Origin: a virus
DNA length: 64,000 nucleotides
Direction: 5' to 3' (one strand)
UHGV virus genome: UHGV-0139776
Positions 51,177 to 61,299 of the stretch are shown piece by piece. Each line of letters begins with the position of its first letter. Position 1 is the stretch's first letter. The position numbers were made by a program, and so were the translations under genes. The notes below the pieces were generated by a model. That model made no database searches. It saw nothing but the letters and a program-made list of their open reading frames with translations, and was not told the DNA's origin.

Positions 51177-51925
51177 GCAAGATTGACTATCAGGCACTGC
51201 GTGAGGCGGCAGAGCGTGCAATTCCGGCAATGGAACGCCTGTTAATGTTGCCAGTTGATGATGATCTGATAAGCGAACAGGAACTTAAAGATTACGGCGT
51301 GGATATTGATGCGCTCAACGCCTTCAAATTTCTGACCGGACCAGAAACCGTGCTGGCGCTGCTGGATGAACGGGAAAGAAACCAGCAATACATAAAACGC
51401 CGCGATCAGGAGAACGAGGATATTGCGCTAACGGTAGGGAAGCTGAGAGTTGAGCTTGAGGAAGTAAAACAACACGCTGAAGAATTATCCGAAACCAAGG
51501 CTGTTCGTAACCAATGGCGGCCAGATATTTGCCCAATAACCGGACGTGCATTTTTCATGTGGATTGAGCATCCAACATTGGGAAATGTGCCGACATATGG
51601 TGGCCCATTAGATAGTTACACCATTCCAACAAAGGACGGTGACGGTGAGTTTTCATGTGAGCGTTACGATCATGATTTTGGCGGTTGGGTAGAAAGCGAA
51701 TGTCTTGGGGTATATCTGATTGATGATAGAGAACAATGCAGGGTCTACGAACTGGAGGAACGCGTTAAGGAACTGGATGCTCGGGAAATATCGCTCCCGG
51801 AACGTAGCAGCATGCTTCATCGAACAGATTTTCACGATGATTACCAAACGGTAATGGCATACAAAGTTTCTGAAGTCATCGCTGCAATCCGCGCCGCAGG
51901 CATTCGCATCAAAGGAGGTGAGTAA
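51173..51925 (+). CDS. hypothetical protein, paralogue B (N-terminus SKIDYQALREAAERA)
   Basis: GTG start with GGAGG RBS; tandem paralogue of the previous gene. Confidence 0.45.
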   Translation: MSKIDYQALREAAERAIPAMERLLMLPVDDDLISEQELKDYGVDIDALNAFKFLTGPETVLALLDERERNQQYIKRRDQENEDIALTVGKLRVELEEVKQHAEELSETKAVRNQWRPDICPITGRAFFMWIEHPTLGNVPTYGGPLDSYTIPTKDGDGEFSCERYDHDFGGWVESECLGVYLIDDREQCRVYELEERVKELDAREISLPERSSMLHRTDFHDDYQTVMAYKVSEVIAAIRAAGIRIKGGE

Positions 51926-52460
51926 TGCGTGTGGCATGTATCGGCTTGTTACCGTACCCGACTCGTTTTTGGGCTTCTGCGCTAATTGCAAAGCCGTATG
52001 TCCTGATGGCTGACAACATCATCCCGGCACCAAAGCGCCGCCATACCGGTATTGCAGCGGCACGACGAGCAGCAAAGAGACGCAGGAGAGCAAAGCGATG
52101 AAAAACCGTAAGGCAAAACGACTTTTTTTACAGCGACCTGTGCGTGTGGTGGAGCTGGTTATTAGCAACCATAAGATAGCGGTACTCCATCCATTTGGTC
52201 AGGTGGCTTTTGCCGCAAAGCGTAAGCCTACTGCGTCACAGAACAGGCGGAAGAAAGGGTACGCTGTAAGATGAAAAACCGTAAAGCAAAGATTCTGTTA
52301 GTTCGTAGAAACGCTCCTGGCGTCTGGCAGTGGGTGAGACTCAGCAACCGACGGATGGGGTTGATGAAATATTACGGGATGATGGATTGTGGTTTTTGCA
52401 AAAAGCCCAGCGCGGCGCAAAACCGCTGGAAAAACCACTTGCGCACTAAAGGAGAGTGAT

Positions 52461-52976
52461 ATGGCGTTAACACACCGCGAACTCTGTCAGATTGCGTATA
52501 AGTTCCTTAAGCGCAACGGGTTCAAGGTTTGTTTTCATGACCGCTTTATAGCTGTAACCAGTACCGGAGAACAGCCAGATGCTATGGGATTCAGAAATTC
52601 AGCATCATGCCTGATAGAGGCGAAGTGTTCTCGTGCTGACTTGTTGGCAGATAGGAAAAAGCGTTTTCGTAAAAATCCATCTCTTGGAATGGGCGACTGG
52701 CGATTCTTTATTAGTGAGCCGGGAATTATTTCAGTTGAGGATTTACCACCTGGCTGGGGATTACTTCACGTTGTTAACGGAAGAGTACGGAAAGTACATG
52801 GGTGGCCCAAGGGTAATTGCTGTTGGGGTAATCCTGACGATAAGCCATTTACTGGAAATAAGCAGGTTGAATGCGATTACATGTTATCTGCATTAAGGCG
52901 CATGGAGTTGAGAGGGCACCTTAATGAAATATATGACGGTGTAATTGTTAATAAGAAAGAAGGAAACGCGGCATGA
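52461..52976 (+). CDS. PD-(D/E)xK-like nuclease-fold protein, about 171 aa
   Basis: ATG at 52461 with AAAGGAG RBS; DAMGF...LIEAKCS resembles a D...E-x-K motif. Confidence 0.35.
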   Translation: MALTHRELCQIAYKFLKRNGFKVCFHDRFIAVTSTGEQPDAMGFRNSASCLIEAKCSRADLLADRKKRFRKNPSLGMGDWRFFISEPGIISVEDLPPGWGLLHVVNGRVRKVHGWPKGNCCWGNPDDKPFTGNKQVECDYMLSALRRMELRGHLNEIYDGVIVNKKEGNAA

Positions 52977-53776
52977 TCACTATTACCAAAGAGCGACTGC
53001 TGACAATCAAGCAGTGGCGCGAAACATACGGACCTGGTAGCAACGTTGTACTGCCAGCAGAAGAAGCGGAAGAACTGGCACGAATTGCTCTGGCATCGCT
53101 GGAAGCAGAACCGGTTGCAGTAAACGACGACATGGCTTACGCATTCCATCACGCATTGTCAGATTCATCGCTAGGCGCTGATGAAGTAGAGGAAATTAAG
53201 GCCGGTTTGCGTGCTGCCTTTGCCAACGTCACTATCCAACCAGAGCCGGTAGTGCCGGATGAAATCGAGTTAGCAATTGAAAACCTCAAGCAGAAATTAG
53301 TGGAATGCAATCGCTATAACTACTGCGCAGATGCAGTGAAGAACGTTGAGGATGCCTGCCACGCTGCCATGCTTCAGGGTAGCCAACCTGTAAGCCAAAC
53401 TTACAAGTTGCCAGTTAATACACCTTGCCAAGATGCGCCAGCCCATATCTGGCTGCAAACAGCTGGAGTATGGCCAGAAGATGGCGAGTTAAGCGAATTA
53501 ACGTGGTGCAGCCACAATCAGCACCATGATGACACGCTATATGTTCGAGCTGACCTTGTGAATGGCAACTATCCGGTAACTCCGGATGGTTGGATAAGCT
53601 GTAGTGAGCGAATGCCCGCTCAAGATGATTGGATTTTAATTTATTCAAAGCACGGCGAGTATATGGCAGGACAGGTACAAGGGGAATACGTGGAGTTGAG
53701 CGACGGCACTTTATCGTGGTTAGGGAACGCCTTGTACTGGATGCCGCTACCAGAACCGCCGCAGGAGGCGAAATGA
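52973..53776 (+). CDS. hypothetical protein, 267 aa
   Basis: ORF with overlapping start and stop. Confidence 0.4.
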   Translation: MITITKERLLTIKQWRETYGPGSNVVLPAEEAEELARIALASLEAEPVAVNDDMAYAFHHALSDSSLGADEVEEIKAGLRAAFANVTIQPEPVVPDEIELAIENLKQKLVECNRYNYCADAVKNVEDACHAAMLQGSQPVSQTYKLPVNTPCQDAPAHIWLQTAGVWPEDGELSELTWCSHNQHHDDTLYVRADLVNGNYPVTPDGWISCSERMPAQDDWILIYSKHGEYMAGQVQGEYVELSDGTLSWLGNALYWMPLPEPPQEAK

Positions 53777-54033
53777 TGGATGTAAAAGAGAAGGTTTTGC
53801 AGGTGATGCGTTCCCGGGCTGCCCTGCAAGATAAAGCTCTCGGCGGGGAATATCCATTCAGGATGGCAACCTGGAATCTGCGGTTGGCAATGGAGAAGGA
53901 ATTTCCTGATGAAGAATGGCGTTCGGCAGATTTGCGCAAAATTCTTATGGAGATGGCTAAAGATGGAACAGTATCCAAAGATACCCATGCCAGCCGGATT
54001 GGTCAGGCGGTATGGAGACTGGAGGTGAGATAA
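53773..54033 (+). CDS. small hypothetical protein, about 86 aa
   Basis: ATGA overlap with the upstream stop; CAGGAGG RBS. Confidence 0.4.
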   Translation: MMDVKEKVLQVMRSRAALQDKALGGEYPFRMATWNLRLAMEKEFPDEEWRSADLRKILMEMAKDGTVSKDTHASRIGQAVWRLEVR

Positions 54034-54118
54034 TGAGCTGGCCTGAAGCATTCGCAACGGTAGGAATTGTGATGGCGGCAGCACTGGGTTTGTATTCAAT
54101 TTGTCGCTGGTGGTAACG

Positions 54119-54352
54119 ATGGGAAAATTAACTTTTGTAGTCGAATTTGAGGATGGTAAAGAGCCACCTGTTAGCGCCAATCTTGATGTTGCTGGTGGCA
54201 GGCTTGTTTCGGTTCTATTTGGTGACTACCGAGATGATTTCTTCCAACCAGAAGAAGTTGATGTGGTGCGAGAGGCATTAAACGAGTTAAGTGTTGATAA
54301 CGATGATGCTCATGCGGAAATCATCCAAAAAATGGAGCTGCTAACTCACTAA
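54119..54352 (+). CDS. small acidic protein, about 77 aa
   Basis: ATG at 54119 (track shows a TTG at 54101). Confidence 0.35.
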   Translation: MGKLTFVVEFEDGKEPPVSANLDVAGGRLVSVLFGDYRDDFFQPEEVDVVREALNELSVDNDDAHAEIIQKMELLTH

Positions 54353-54530
54353 ATTATCAATTATGGTGCTATCACCTACGACACCGAGAGAAAATTTATA
54401 ATGTCAAAAGTAAATGTTTTGATTTTTTCAGCAATTGTTGGCTTTGGTTTTACTGCCGGAGTGCAGATTTATATTACGTGGGAAAAAATCATCAACTACG
54501 CATGGAGTTGTTTTATTAAGTGAGGTAAGT

Positions 54531-54824
54531 ATGTGGAGAGGTAATAGTCATGGCAAAAGCCAGATGATACTTACCGGATATCAGCTCGACCACAAAACCA
54601 ATAAATCACGTTCAGTATATTTGCTTCGCCACAATAGCCGCGTAAGGAATACCGTACTGGAGCAAAATCTGACCGTTGAAATGGATAATTACGGGGGCTT
54701 CAAGCCAACAATATCGCTTGATGATTTTCCTCGTGGTTTAAGCGAAAGAGAAGCAATGCTGAAATTAGCAGAATGGCTACAAAGATTAAGCATTGCTATT
54801 GAAGATAACTGGTCTGAACCTTAA
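54531..54824 (+). CDS. small hypothetical protein, about 97 aa
   Basis: ATG at 54531 with GAGG RBS. Confidence 0.4.
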   Translation: MWRGNSHGKSQMILTGYQLDHKTNKSRSVYLLRHNSRVRNTVLEQNLTVEMDNYGGFKPTISLDDFPRGLSEREAMLKLAEWLQRLSIAIEDNWSEP

Positions 54825-54830
54825 ATTTAT

Positions 54831-55205
54831 ATGATGACACTAAAACATTTTCTTGACCGCCCATTATGGGCGGCAGCCGCAGGCTATGACTTTAATTATA
54901 TGGATTGCATGTCTTATACTGCCAATGCATACGACCATTCGTTCAGCCTGCTGTTTAATTCTTTAAGAATATTGCCGGAAACAGAAGTTGGAGAGCTTCA
55001 TTTATGGCTATTGGGCTTTATCGCGGCTGTCGTTGGTATTGCTGTATGGCCTTTTATTTTCTGGCTGGTGGCTGTTGTAGTGTGGTTTAAGTGCAAGACA
55101 TACCGGAAAAAGTATTTCTTAGGTGATGGAATGACTGATATTGCCAAAATGAACATTGAAAAATGGATTAAGGAATGTGAAAAGAAATGGCGCAAAAAGA
55201 AATGA
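54831..55205 (+). CDS. membrane protein (two TM segments), 124 aa
   Basis: Hydrophobic segment LWLLGFIAAVVGIAVWPFIFWLVAVVVWF. Confidence 0.4.
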   Translation: MMTLKHFLDRPLWAAAAGYDFNYMDCMSYTANAYDHSFSLLFNSLRILPETEVGELHLWLLGFIAAVVGIAVWPFIFWLVAVVVWFKCKTYRKKYFLGDGMTDIAKMNIEKWIKECEKKWRKKK

Positions 55206-55837
55206 CCAGAATCACTGAAGAGCGTATATCAGAGATTATTTCCCGTATCGAAATGTATGGTCACGGTGCTGGATATACGGCAGATGAAGTATTGGAAATA
55301 GCCCAGCAGATGCTGGCCTTGAGACAAAAAGAGCAACATGAAAGTAATACGTGTAGATTGAATTTTGAGCAGTGGCTGGAACAGCAACGCGGAAAAATCG
55401 ATGTGGACTGTGGTTGTGTGTCCACTGAAACATTCATGCACTGGCTGCGGGTAGCTTACGAGGCTGGCAACTATCCGGATATTCCGGATAGTTCGGTGCC
55501 AGCGCCAGGAAAGGGCGTCACCGGTGAACGTATCCGCATTAAGCCGCATGTTTATCGCGAACTGGTTAACCGTCTCCACGATACAGCGATCAAGTGTGCT
55601 GGCACCCAGCAATTACGAGAAAGAATTAGCCGAGTTTTGGGCGACGTTATTACGCCAGATCATCATAAACAAGCCGAGAAAAGTGGCTTGGAAAGGTGTC
55701 ACCTTGAGGCGGCATTAAACATTAAGCCGGGGCATACGCTTGGCATTATTGATGCACTATTGGTTCATAAGATGGCCAGGGCTTTATTGCCGCTGGTGGC
55801 TGAAAAGCATGAGGCGGACCATGCCAACGAAAGCTGA
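55187..55837 (+). CDS. hypothetical protein, 216 aa
   Basis: ORF; the start could alternatively be 55202. Confidence 0.4.
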   Translation: MAQKEMTRITEERISEIISRIEMYGHGAGYTADEVLEIAQQMLALRQKEQHESNTCRLNFEQWLEQQRGKIDVDCGCVSTETFMHWLRVAYEAGNYPDIPDSSVPAPGKGVTGERIRIKPHVYRELVNRLHDTAIKCAGTQQLRERISRVLGDVITPDHHKQAEKSGLERCHLEAALNIKPGHTLGIIDALLVHKMARALLPLVAEKHEADHANES

Positions 55838-56105
55838 GTTACAGGCGCGCATAGAGATTCTTGAAAAAGAGAATGCGAGTCTAAAAGGAATGCTGGCGCG
55901 GGCGGAAAGGGAATTATCAGGAAAATTATTGCCAGAAGAGCTGCCACCAGCAGATATACCTGATCGAGTGTCCTGGTGGATGAAGTATTTCCGTGCACCG
56001 TGGGAGGCGTTTTGGTGCTACGACCATCGCAGATGGTGTGATGAGCTTGATAGCAGTTTCCCCTATTTTGCGGAAGGGAACTCTTGCCCTGAATGTAGGA
56101 GTTAA
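55821..56105 (+). CDS. coiled-coil plus C-terminal zinc-ribbon protein, paralogue 1 (about 94 aa)
   Basis: ATG at 55821 with GAGG RBS; C-terminus WEAFWCYDHRRWCDELDSSFPYFAEGNSCPEC. Confidence 0.45.
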   Translation: MPTKAELQARIEILEKENASLKGMLARAERELSGKLLPEELPPADIPDRVSWWMKYFRAPWEAFWCYDHRRWCDELDSSFPYFAEGNSCPECRS

Positions 56106-56413
56106 TGATGACCGGCGAGCTTTATTTTAAAATGGCACGGGAGCGGCGTGTGCATCTGGATCGGATATTTCATCTCCAGAAGAGAGTAGAAGAACTGGAA
56201 CGTCGTCTGAACTGTTATCCTGTTGATATGGTGTCTGCAATACCGCCGATTCCAATAGAAATGCAGATCCGCCTATGGATGGAAGAATATGGAATGCCGT
56301 GGGAGATATTTTTCTGCTTCGACCATAAACAGTGGGTAGATGAGCTGGATAATAGTTTCCCATATTTCACAGAGAACACATGCCCAGTATGCAGGAAGAG
56401 AAAGGAATCATGA
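56105..56413 (+). CDS. coiled-coil plus C-terminal zinc-ribbon protein, paralogue 2 (102 aa)
   Basis: C-terminus WEIFFCFDHKQWVDELDNSFPYFTENTCPVC; tandem paralogue. Confidence 0.45.
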   Translation: MMTGELYFKMARERRVHLDRIFHLQKRVEELERRLNCYPVDMVSAIPPIPIEMQIRLWMEEYGMPWEIFFCFDHKQWVDELDNSFPYFTENTCPVCRKRKES

Positions 56414-56667
56414 TTCTCCCGCGTCCGCGCCCACCGAAAATGGAGAAAAAAAGGATGATTAATGGCTATCAGCCGCATACCCCAGAAATACAAGGGAGCG
56501 AGGGGCTTAAACCACCACTAGCACCACGGAACGCATCATTACGGCGAGAGTTAATATTAACTTTGTCGCCCGTTCTGGCTGCCCGCCAGGATTGGGTAAG
56601 TAATGATGACCTGGCAGAAAAAATCACATCGCTGGTGGATAAAATTCTGCATAAAGCTGATCTCTGA
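56410..56667 (+). CDS. small basic protein, about 85 aa
   Basis: ATGA overlap start with AAAGGA RBS. Confidence 0.35.
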   Translation: MILPRPRPPKMEKKRMINGYQPHTPEIQGSEGLKPPLAPRNASLRRELILTLSPVLAARQDWVSNDDLAEKITSLVDKILHKADL

Positions 56668-56706
56668 TCACCATGCTAAAATCCCCTCAATTCACAGAGG
56701 GGATTT

Positions 56707-56979
56707 TTGTCTATGTTGTATAGAGTTTTATGGAAAAGCGTTATTGTCGGCGCGATACTGGCTATATCTGGGTGTGCAATGGTGCAATACAACGACGGTG
56801 AAAAGGTAAGCATACAGTCAGATGGTTGGTATGGCCTTGATAGCTTGCAAAAAACCGCAGATAAAGCCTGTCAGCAATATGGGAAGTCTAAAGCCGTATA
56901 TCAGCATAGCGCGAACGCTAATCCCCATCTCGCTCCCGGTTCGGGTGTTCAGAATACCATCTGGAAATGTGAGCTTTAA
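56707..56979 (+). CDS. lipoprotein, 90 aa (lipobox AISGC)
   Basis: Signal peptide plus lipobox. Confidence 0.5.
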   Translation: MSMLYRVLWKSVIVGAILAISGCAMVQYNDGEKVSIQSDGWYGLDSLQKTADKACQQYGKSKAVYQHSANANPHLAPGSGVQNTIWKCEL

Positions 56980-56981
56980 AC

Positions 56982-57221
56982 ATGAGCAACTGCAATATTG
57001 CAGCTAAAAGCCAGGAAGAGCGAGACAAGGTGAACGTAGACCTTGCCGCCAGCGGCGTTGCTTACAAAGAACGACTGAATATACCGGTGATTGCAGAGCA
57101 GGTGGCCCGTGAGCAACCGGAAAACCTGCGCGCCTATTTCATGGAACGGCTACGGCACTACAGGCAGTTAAGCCTCCAGTTGCCAAAAGGGAGCGATCCG
57201 GCATATCAGAAAACAGAATAG
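56982..57221 (+). CDS. hot: DNA polymerase III theta-subunit (HolE) homologue, 79 aa
   Basis: [43 protein letters not shown] closely parallels E. coli HolE. Confidence 0.8.
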   Translation: MSNCNIAAKSQEERDKVNVDLAASGVAYKERLNIPVIAEQVAREQPENLRAYFMERLRHYRQLSLQLPKGSDPAYQKTE

Positions 57222-57232
57222 TTGTTAGGCTA

Positions 57233-57595
57233 TTACGCAATGCCCGCGCCATTCTTAGCGGGTTTTAAGCCATATTCACCGTTGTAGAAATTACTCATGT
57301 TCCATTCATTGGGAAGCTCTTTTCTGTCCAATGTATAGTGGCGCACGATATAACGATCTTCATCTTCTTCGATGGACAGGCGGACATAGCCAATGTGAAT
57401 TACCGATACGGGCGGCGTCCGTATTGCATAGATGTCGCGGAGATATACCGGTAGCTCGACAAATGCATCAGGTGTATCTGTGATGCTCATTTTTTCACAG
57501 TATTCATATAACGCATCGTTGATATCGTTAAGAGATTCATGATCGTATATTTCCAGGTAATTACCGCGATCGCGATGGTACTCGATTTTAGCCAT
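57233..57595 (-). CDS. hypothetical protein, 120 aa (second gene of the LexA-box-proximal minus-strand unit)
   Basis: ORF only. Confidence 0.4.
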   Translation of the reverse strand: MAKIEYHRDRGNYLEIYDHESLNDINDALYEYCEKMSITDTPDAFVELPVYLRDIYAIRTPPVSVIHIGYVRLSIEEDEDRYIVRHYTLDRKELPNEWNMSNFYNGEYGLKPAKNGAGIA

Positions 57596-58180
57596 TCAAA
57601 ATCCCCTGTTATCGTTTTGCATTTCTCTAATCCGGTTCAGAACTACTTCGTGCTGGGCTTGGATAGCGGCTTTTTCGTTTTCAAGCCGGGCAATAGACAT
57701 CTCTAATTCTTTGCTGTACCAGGCGAGTTGGGCCAGGTTCATCTGGTTGTGGTCGAGAGTTGGAGACACTTCGACGCGATCCCTTTCTTCTTGCTTTAAT
57801 GAGAAGAGATTCATCTCATCCCTTGAGGAAAATTCAGCAACAATTTCTTGTTGATGATCCGGTCGCTGCGGCATCCTCGCCAGTATAAATGGCGGTTCTT
57901 TTGAAAACATAAATGTCGGTTCAGAACGTGTTTTCACCCATCTAGCCTGCTGTCTTTCGGCAAGTTCACAGGCTTCATCATAGTTATTTGCCAAACCAAG
58001 CACGGATGGACGGTCCCACGCGCCACCATTCAGACAATAAACAACAATTTTCCCGTCAGGTTGTGTAACCCCATAGGGATGGTCCCACCAGGCGTCCAGC
58101 TGAGCTTTAGAGCGTTTCTCGTTAGGAGTGCAGTCAAAATTTTTGGGCAATACAGGATCGAGAGGAATGCGATTAGGCAT
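57596..58180 (-). CDS. hypothetical protein, 194 aa, divergent from humD
   Basis: ORF starting about 135 bp from the LexA box. Confidence 0.4.
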   Translation of the reverse strand: MPNRIPLDPVLPKNFDCTPNEKRSKAQLDAWWDHPYGVTQPDGKIVVYCLNGGAWDRPSVLGLANNYDEACELAERQQARWVKTRSEPTFMFSKEPPFILARMPQRPDHQQEIVAEFSSRDEMNLFSLKQEERDRVEVSPTLDHNQMNLAQLAWYSKELEMSIARLENEKAAIQAQHEVVLNRIREMQNDNRGF

Positions 58181-58315
58181 AGCTAATTCCTTATTAACTG
58201 ATTGGCAACGAGGTTACGCTGATCCGTTGGTGATGAATAGTAGCAAAGAGCACAAAATCATCAGCGGTGGTTGATGTACGTAACGCGTTTGCACCAAAGG
58301 TGTCTCTTTAATGTA

Positions 58316-58335
58316 TACTGTATAAATGAACAGTA
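58316..58335. promoter_or_regulatory. LexA box (TACTGTATAAATGAACAGTA) in the humD promoter
   Basis: CTGT-N8-ACAG palindrome 20 bp upstream of the humD start. Confidence 0.8.
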
Positions 58336-58354
58336 TTGTTGAGGTAAAAACGCT

Positions 58355-58744
58355 ATGGGCTTCCCTTCTCCTGCGGCGGATTATGTTGAAAGCCGAATTT
58401 CTCTTGATCAGCAACTAATCAGGCATCCATCAGCAACCTACTTCATGCGGGCAGCTGATAGCCATCACCGTGAGGGAATATTGCAGGGTGCTTTGCTGGT
58501 GGTTGATTCCTCGCTTACTCCGGTTGATGGTTCTCTGCTTGTGTGCGCTATGGAGGGTGAATATCGCATAAAGAGATACCGAAAGTATCCGCGCCAGCAC
58601 CTGGAGGATTTAAGCACCGGGAAGAAAGAGGCGTTACCAGTAGATGACGATGGTTACACGGGTAGTAATGCTGTTTTTGGTGTGATCACTCATGTCATCA
58701 ATGATGCCCGAAGTGGGGAATTTGATGATTGTCCGGTGATTTAA
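58355..58744 (+). CDS. humD: UmuD-prime-like protein, 129 aa
   Basis: UmuD C-terminal domain similarity; LexA-boxed promoter. Confidence 0.75.
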   Translation: MGFPSPAADYVESRISLDQQLIRHPSATYFMRAADSHHREGILQGALLVVDSSLTPVDGSLLVCAMEGEYRIKRYRKYPRQHLEDLSTGKKEALPVDDDGYTGSNAVFGVITHVINDARSGEFDDCPVI

Positions 58745-58816
58745 GCTGCAAAGTGCTGGTGCTTTATGCCTGTGAAGTTTATAATTGTGTACACATAACG
58801 AGTACACGAGGTGTTT

Positions 58817-59038
58817 ATGCAATCCATTAACTTCCGTACCGCGCGCGGCAACCTTTCTGAAGTGCTCAACAATGTTGAAGCCGGGGAAGAGGTTGAAATC
58901 ACCCGCAGAGGCCGTGAGCCAGCAGTAATTGTCAGCAAGGCTACTTTCGAAGCCTACAAAAAAGCGGCGCTGGATGCTGAATTTGCATCCCTGTTTGACA
59001 CCCTGGACTCCACCAACAAGGAACTGGTTAACCGATAA
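58817..59038 (+). CDS. phd: Phd antitoxin, 73 aa
   Basis: [39 protein letters not shown] matches P1 Phd from memory. Confidence 0.85.
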   Translation: MQSINFRTARGNLSEVLNNVEAGEEVEITRRGREPAVIVSKATFEAYKKAALDAEFASLFDTLDSTNKELVNR

Positions 59039-59418
59039 TGAGGCATATATCACCGGAAGAACTTATTGCGCTTCATGATGCGAATATAAACCGCTACGGC
59101 GGCCTGCCGGGAATGTCAGATCCGGGTAGGGCAGAGGCCATTATCGGGAGAGTTCAGGCCAGAGTTGCCTACGAAGAGATCACCGACCTTTTCGAAGTCT
59201 CCGCCACCTACCTGGTGGCTACAGCGAGAGGGCATATATTCAATGATGCCAATAAGCGTACCGCGCTAAACAGTGCGCTGTTATTTCTACGCCGTAACGG
59301 GGTGCAAGTATTTGATTCACCTGAACTGGCAGACCTTACCGTAGGGGCTGCGACCGGAGAGATATCTGTATCTTCTGTCGCCGACACGTTACGTAGATTG
59401 TATGGTTCCGCGGAGTAG
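59038..59418 (+). CDS. doc: Doc toxin (Fic-fold kinase), 126 aa
   Basis: Fic-like core [13 protein letters not shown]; overlapping start with phd. Confidence 0.85.
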   Translation: MRHISPEELIALHDANINRYGGLPGMSDPGRAEAIIGRVQARVAYEEITDLFEVSATYLVATARGHIFNDANKRTALNSALLFLRRNGVQVFDSPELADLTVGAATGEISVSSVADTLRRLYGSAE

Positions 59419-59422
59419 ATTA

Positions 59423-59602
59423 ATGGCACGTAAATACAACAAATTGTCCCGTGAAGCGTTAAAGATGCTTCTTGATGGCGTGAGTCGCCGCAAGGTAAAG
59501 CAATACCTGGTTGGTAAGCAAATTGGTGCCAGGACCGCTATTGCTGTGTTATGCCGTCAGGAAATGGTTGTGCTTAAACAGAGAATGCCGGGCAGCAGAT
59601 AA
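59423..59602 (+). CDS. small basic protein, about 59 aa
   Basis: ATG at 59423 with GGAG RBS. Confidence 0.35.
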   Translation: MARKYNKLSREALKMLLDGVSRRKVKQYLVGKQIGARTAIAVLCRQEMVVLKQRMPGSR

Positions 59603-59629
59603 AGCCCAATCAGTGATGAAAGGTGTGAT

Positions 59630-60673
59630 GTGAAAGCCGTAATTACTCCCTTTGTACAGAAAGAGCTTGGCCTCGCCACGTTCAAAGTGGATCAGGAGGT
59701 CAGAAAGCTGGTGGAGGCTGGCCGTAAATTTATTATGGAGCCGGTGCCGCGTGAGTTAATCGAGCACATGGAAGACGGCCTCGTTGTTACCGAGCAAACC
59801 ATGGCAACAAATGAGGCGTTGCAGCCGTTTTTTAACAGCGATGAACTGTTTCGCCGTATTGGTGGAATTGACGCGCTGGTGGCGTGGTTGCGCAGGAAAG
59901 AGGGACAATGCCAGGCCGCAGATCGTAGCTGGTGTGACAACCATATTGTCCACGCAGAACGAGACAATAGCGCGGTGTTGTTGTGCTGGCATCACGATAA
60001 CCATTACCGGATGCGTGGTTTTAATGAGCTGAAAGAAACGCTGCATAATAATCGCGTTAACTGGATACTGGATGTCGCCCGTCAGGAAATGGGGCTTTCA
60101 GATGGCCATGATTTAAGTATTCAGGAACTGTGCTGGTGGGCTTTCATGCGCAACATGATGCACCTGATGCCGGAAGAAGTTTGCCGTATATCAATAAATA
60201 AGATGAAAGCCGCAACGCAGGATAGCGGACCTCTGAAAGAGGCGGATATTCGCCCGTATGACGATCGCGCTACAGCATATGTTCAGATGATGGAAGAACG
60301 CGCCGCGCCGATGCGTGCAAAAGTATGCCCTGTGGATGTTGACTCCGACCCTGGCATGGCGCATTTCAAAATACCAAAACTGCAATCGCTAAAATTACCT
60401 GAGTACATGGACTTTGTTGCTTCCCGTCCATGCTGTGGGTGTGGAGCTGCGGGAGCTGGCGCTCACATTACGCCTTATATCGTTCGTCATAGTCGATTAT
60501 GCGCGCATGACATTTATGCGATTCCTCTGTGCCAGTCATGCCAGCGTGATATTGAGCGTGACCGCGATAATTGGGAGAAAACACACGGCAGGCTGGCGAT
60601 GCATCAACGATTGTTCTTTGATTACGCGCTTGGAGTCGGCGCTATCACAAGTCATTCGTCGAGTGTTAGATAA
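59630..60673 (+). CDS. hypothetical Cys-rich protein, 347 aa
   Basis: ORF; multiple Cys/His clusters in the C-terminal half. Confidence 0.45.
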   Translation: MKAVITPFVQKELGLATFKVDQEVRKLVEAGRKFIMEPVPRELIEHMEDGLVVTEQTMATNEALQPFFNSDELFRRIGGIDALVAWLRRKEGQCQAADRSWCDNHIVHAERDNSAVLLCWHHDNHYRMRGFNELKETLHNNRVNWILDVARQEMGLSDGHDLSIQELCWWAFMRNMMHLMPEEVCRISINKMKAATQDSGPLKEADIRPYDDRATAYVQMMEERAAPMRAKVCPVDVDSDPGMAHFKIPKLQSLKLPEYMDFVASRPCCGCGAAGAGAHITPYIVRHSRLCAHDIYAIPLCQSCQRDIERDRDNWEKTHGRLAMHQRLFFDYALGVGAITSHSSSVR

Positions 60674-60674
60674 A

Positions 60675-60691
60675 ATTGCTCTAATGTGTTG
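60675..60691 (+). promoter_or_regulatory. C1 operator-like site (13/17) upstream of lpa
   Basis: ATTGCTCTAATGTGTTG; in P1, lpa is C1-controlled. Confidence 0.4.
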
Positions 60692-60761
60692 CTATTTCTT
60701 TAATCGAGGGTATTATATTCCACGTTGATTAGTTGACATGGGCTAATCAGTAGGTGACAGG

Positions 60762-61214
60762 ATGTTACTTAACTGGCAGGGACGCCACTTCATGGAAATA
60801 AATCACTCACGAATAACATCGTATGAGATTGCGGATTACATGATCCGCACTAAATCTCTTCTATCAGCGAAAGAACTCGCAGCAATCCTTGAAAAGGAAT
60901 ACCCGCATCTGGATGTCGATAAGCGCGACGTTTATCTGCGCTTAAAGGCTATCGCTGTGTCTAAGTATTCGTCTGTTTTGATTGATGACAGTACACGCCC
61001 ACGTAGATTTCAGATCCACTCTCTGAACCCTGAATTCTTTCGCCGCAGCCGCGCACCGCGCCGGTTTGATGAAAAACTCCAGAACGAACTCTATATGACG
61101 CAGGACGAAAAGGAACGCCGGGAGCACCAGCCTTGGGTAATGGCGCGTCAACTTTTCAATAAGGTGGCCCGTCAGCACCGTAATTACGGTAATGCCACAT
61201 CCGCACGTATCTGA
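60762..61214 (+). CDS. lpa: late promoter activator Lpa, 150 aa
   Basis: Size and position immediately upstream of pacA. Confidence 0.6.
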   Translation: MLLNWQGRHFMEINHSRITSYEIADYMIRTKSLLSAKELAAILEKEYPHLDVDKRDVYLRLKAIAVSKYSSVLIDDSTRPRRFQIHSLNPEFFRRSRAPRRFDEKLQNELYMTQDEKERREHQPWVMARQLFNKVARQHRNYGNATSARI

Positions 61215-61299
61215 TTGATTGCTTGCCCGTTCCGGGCCTTTTGACATGTGACTTTCGTTACCCTCGCGTCAAAAAGAGTTTTTACGAAAGGAAGCATAA

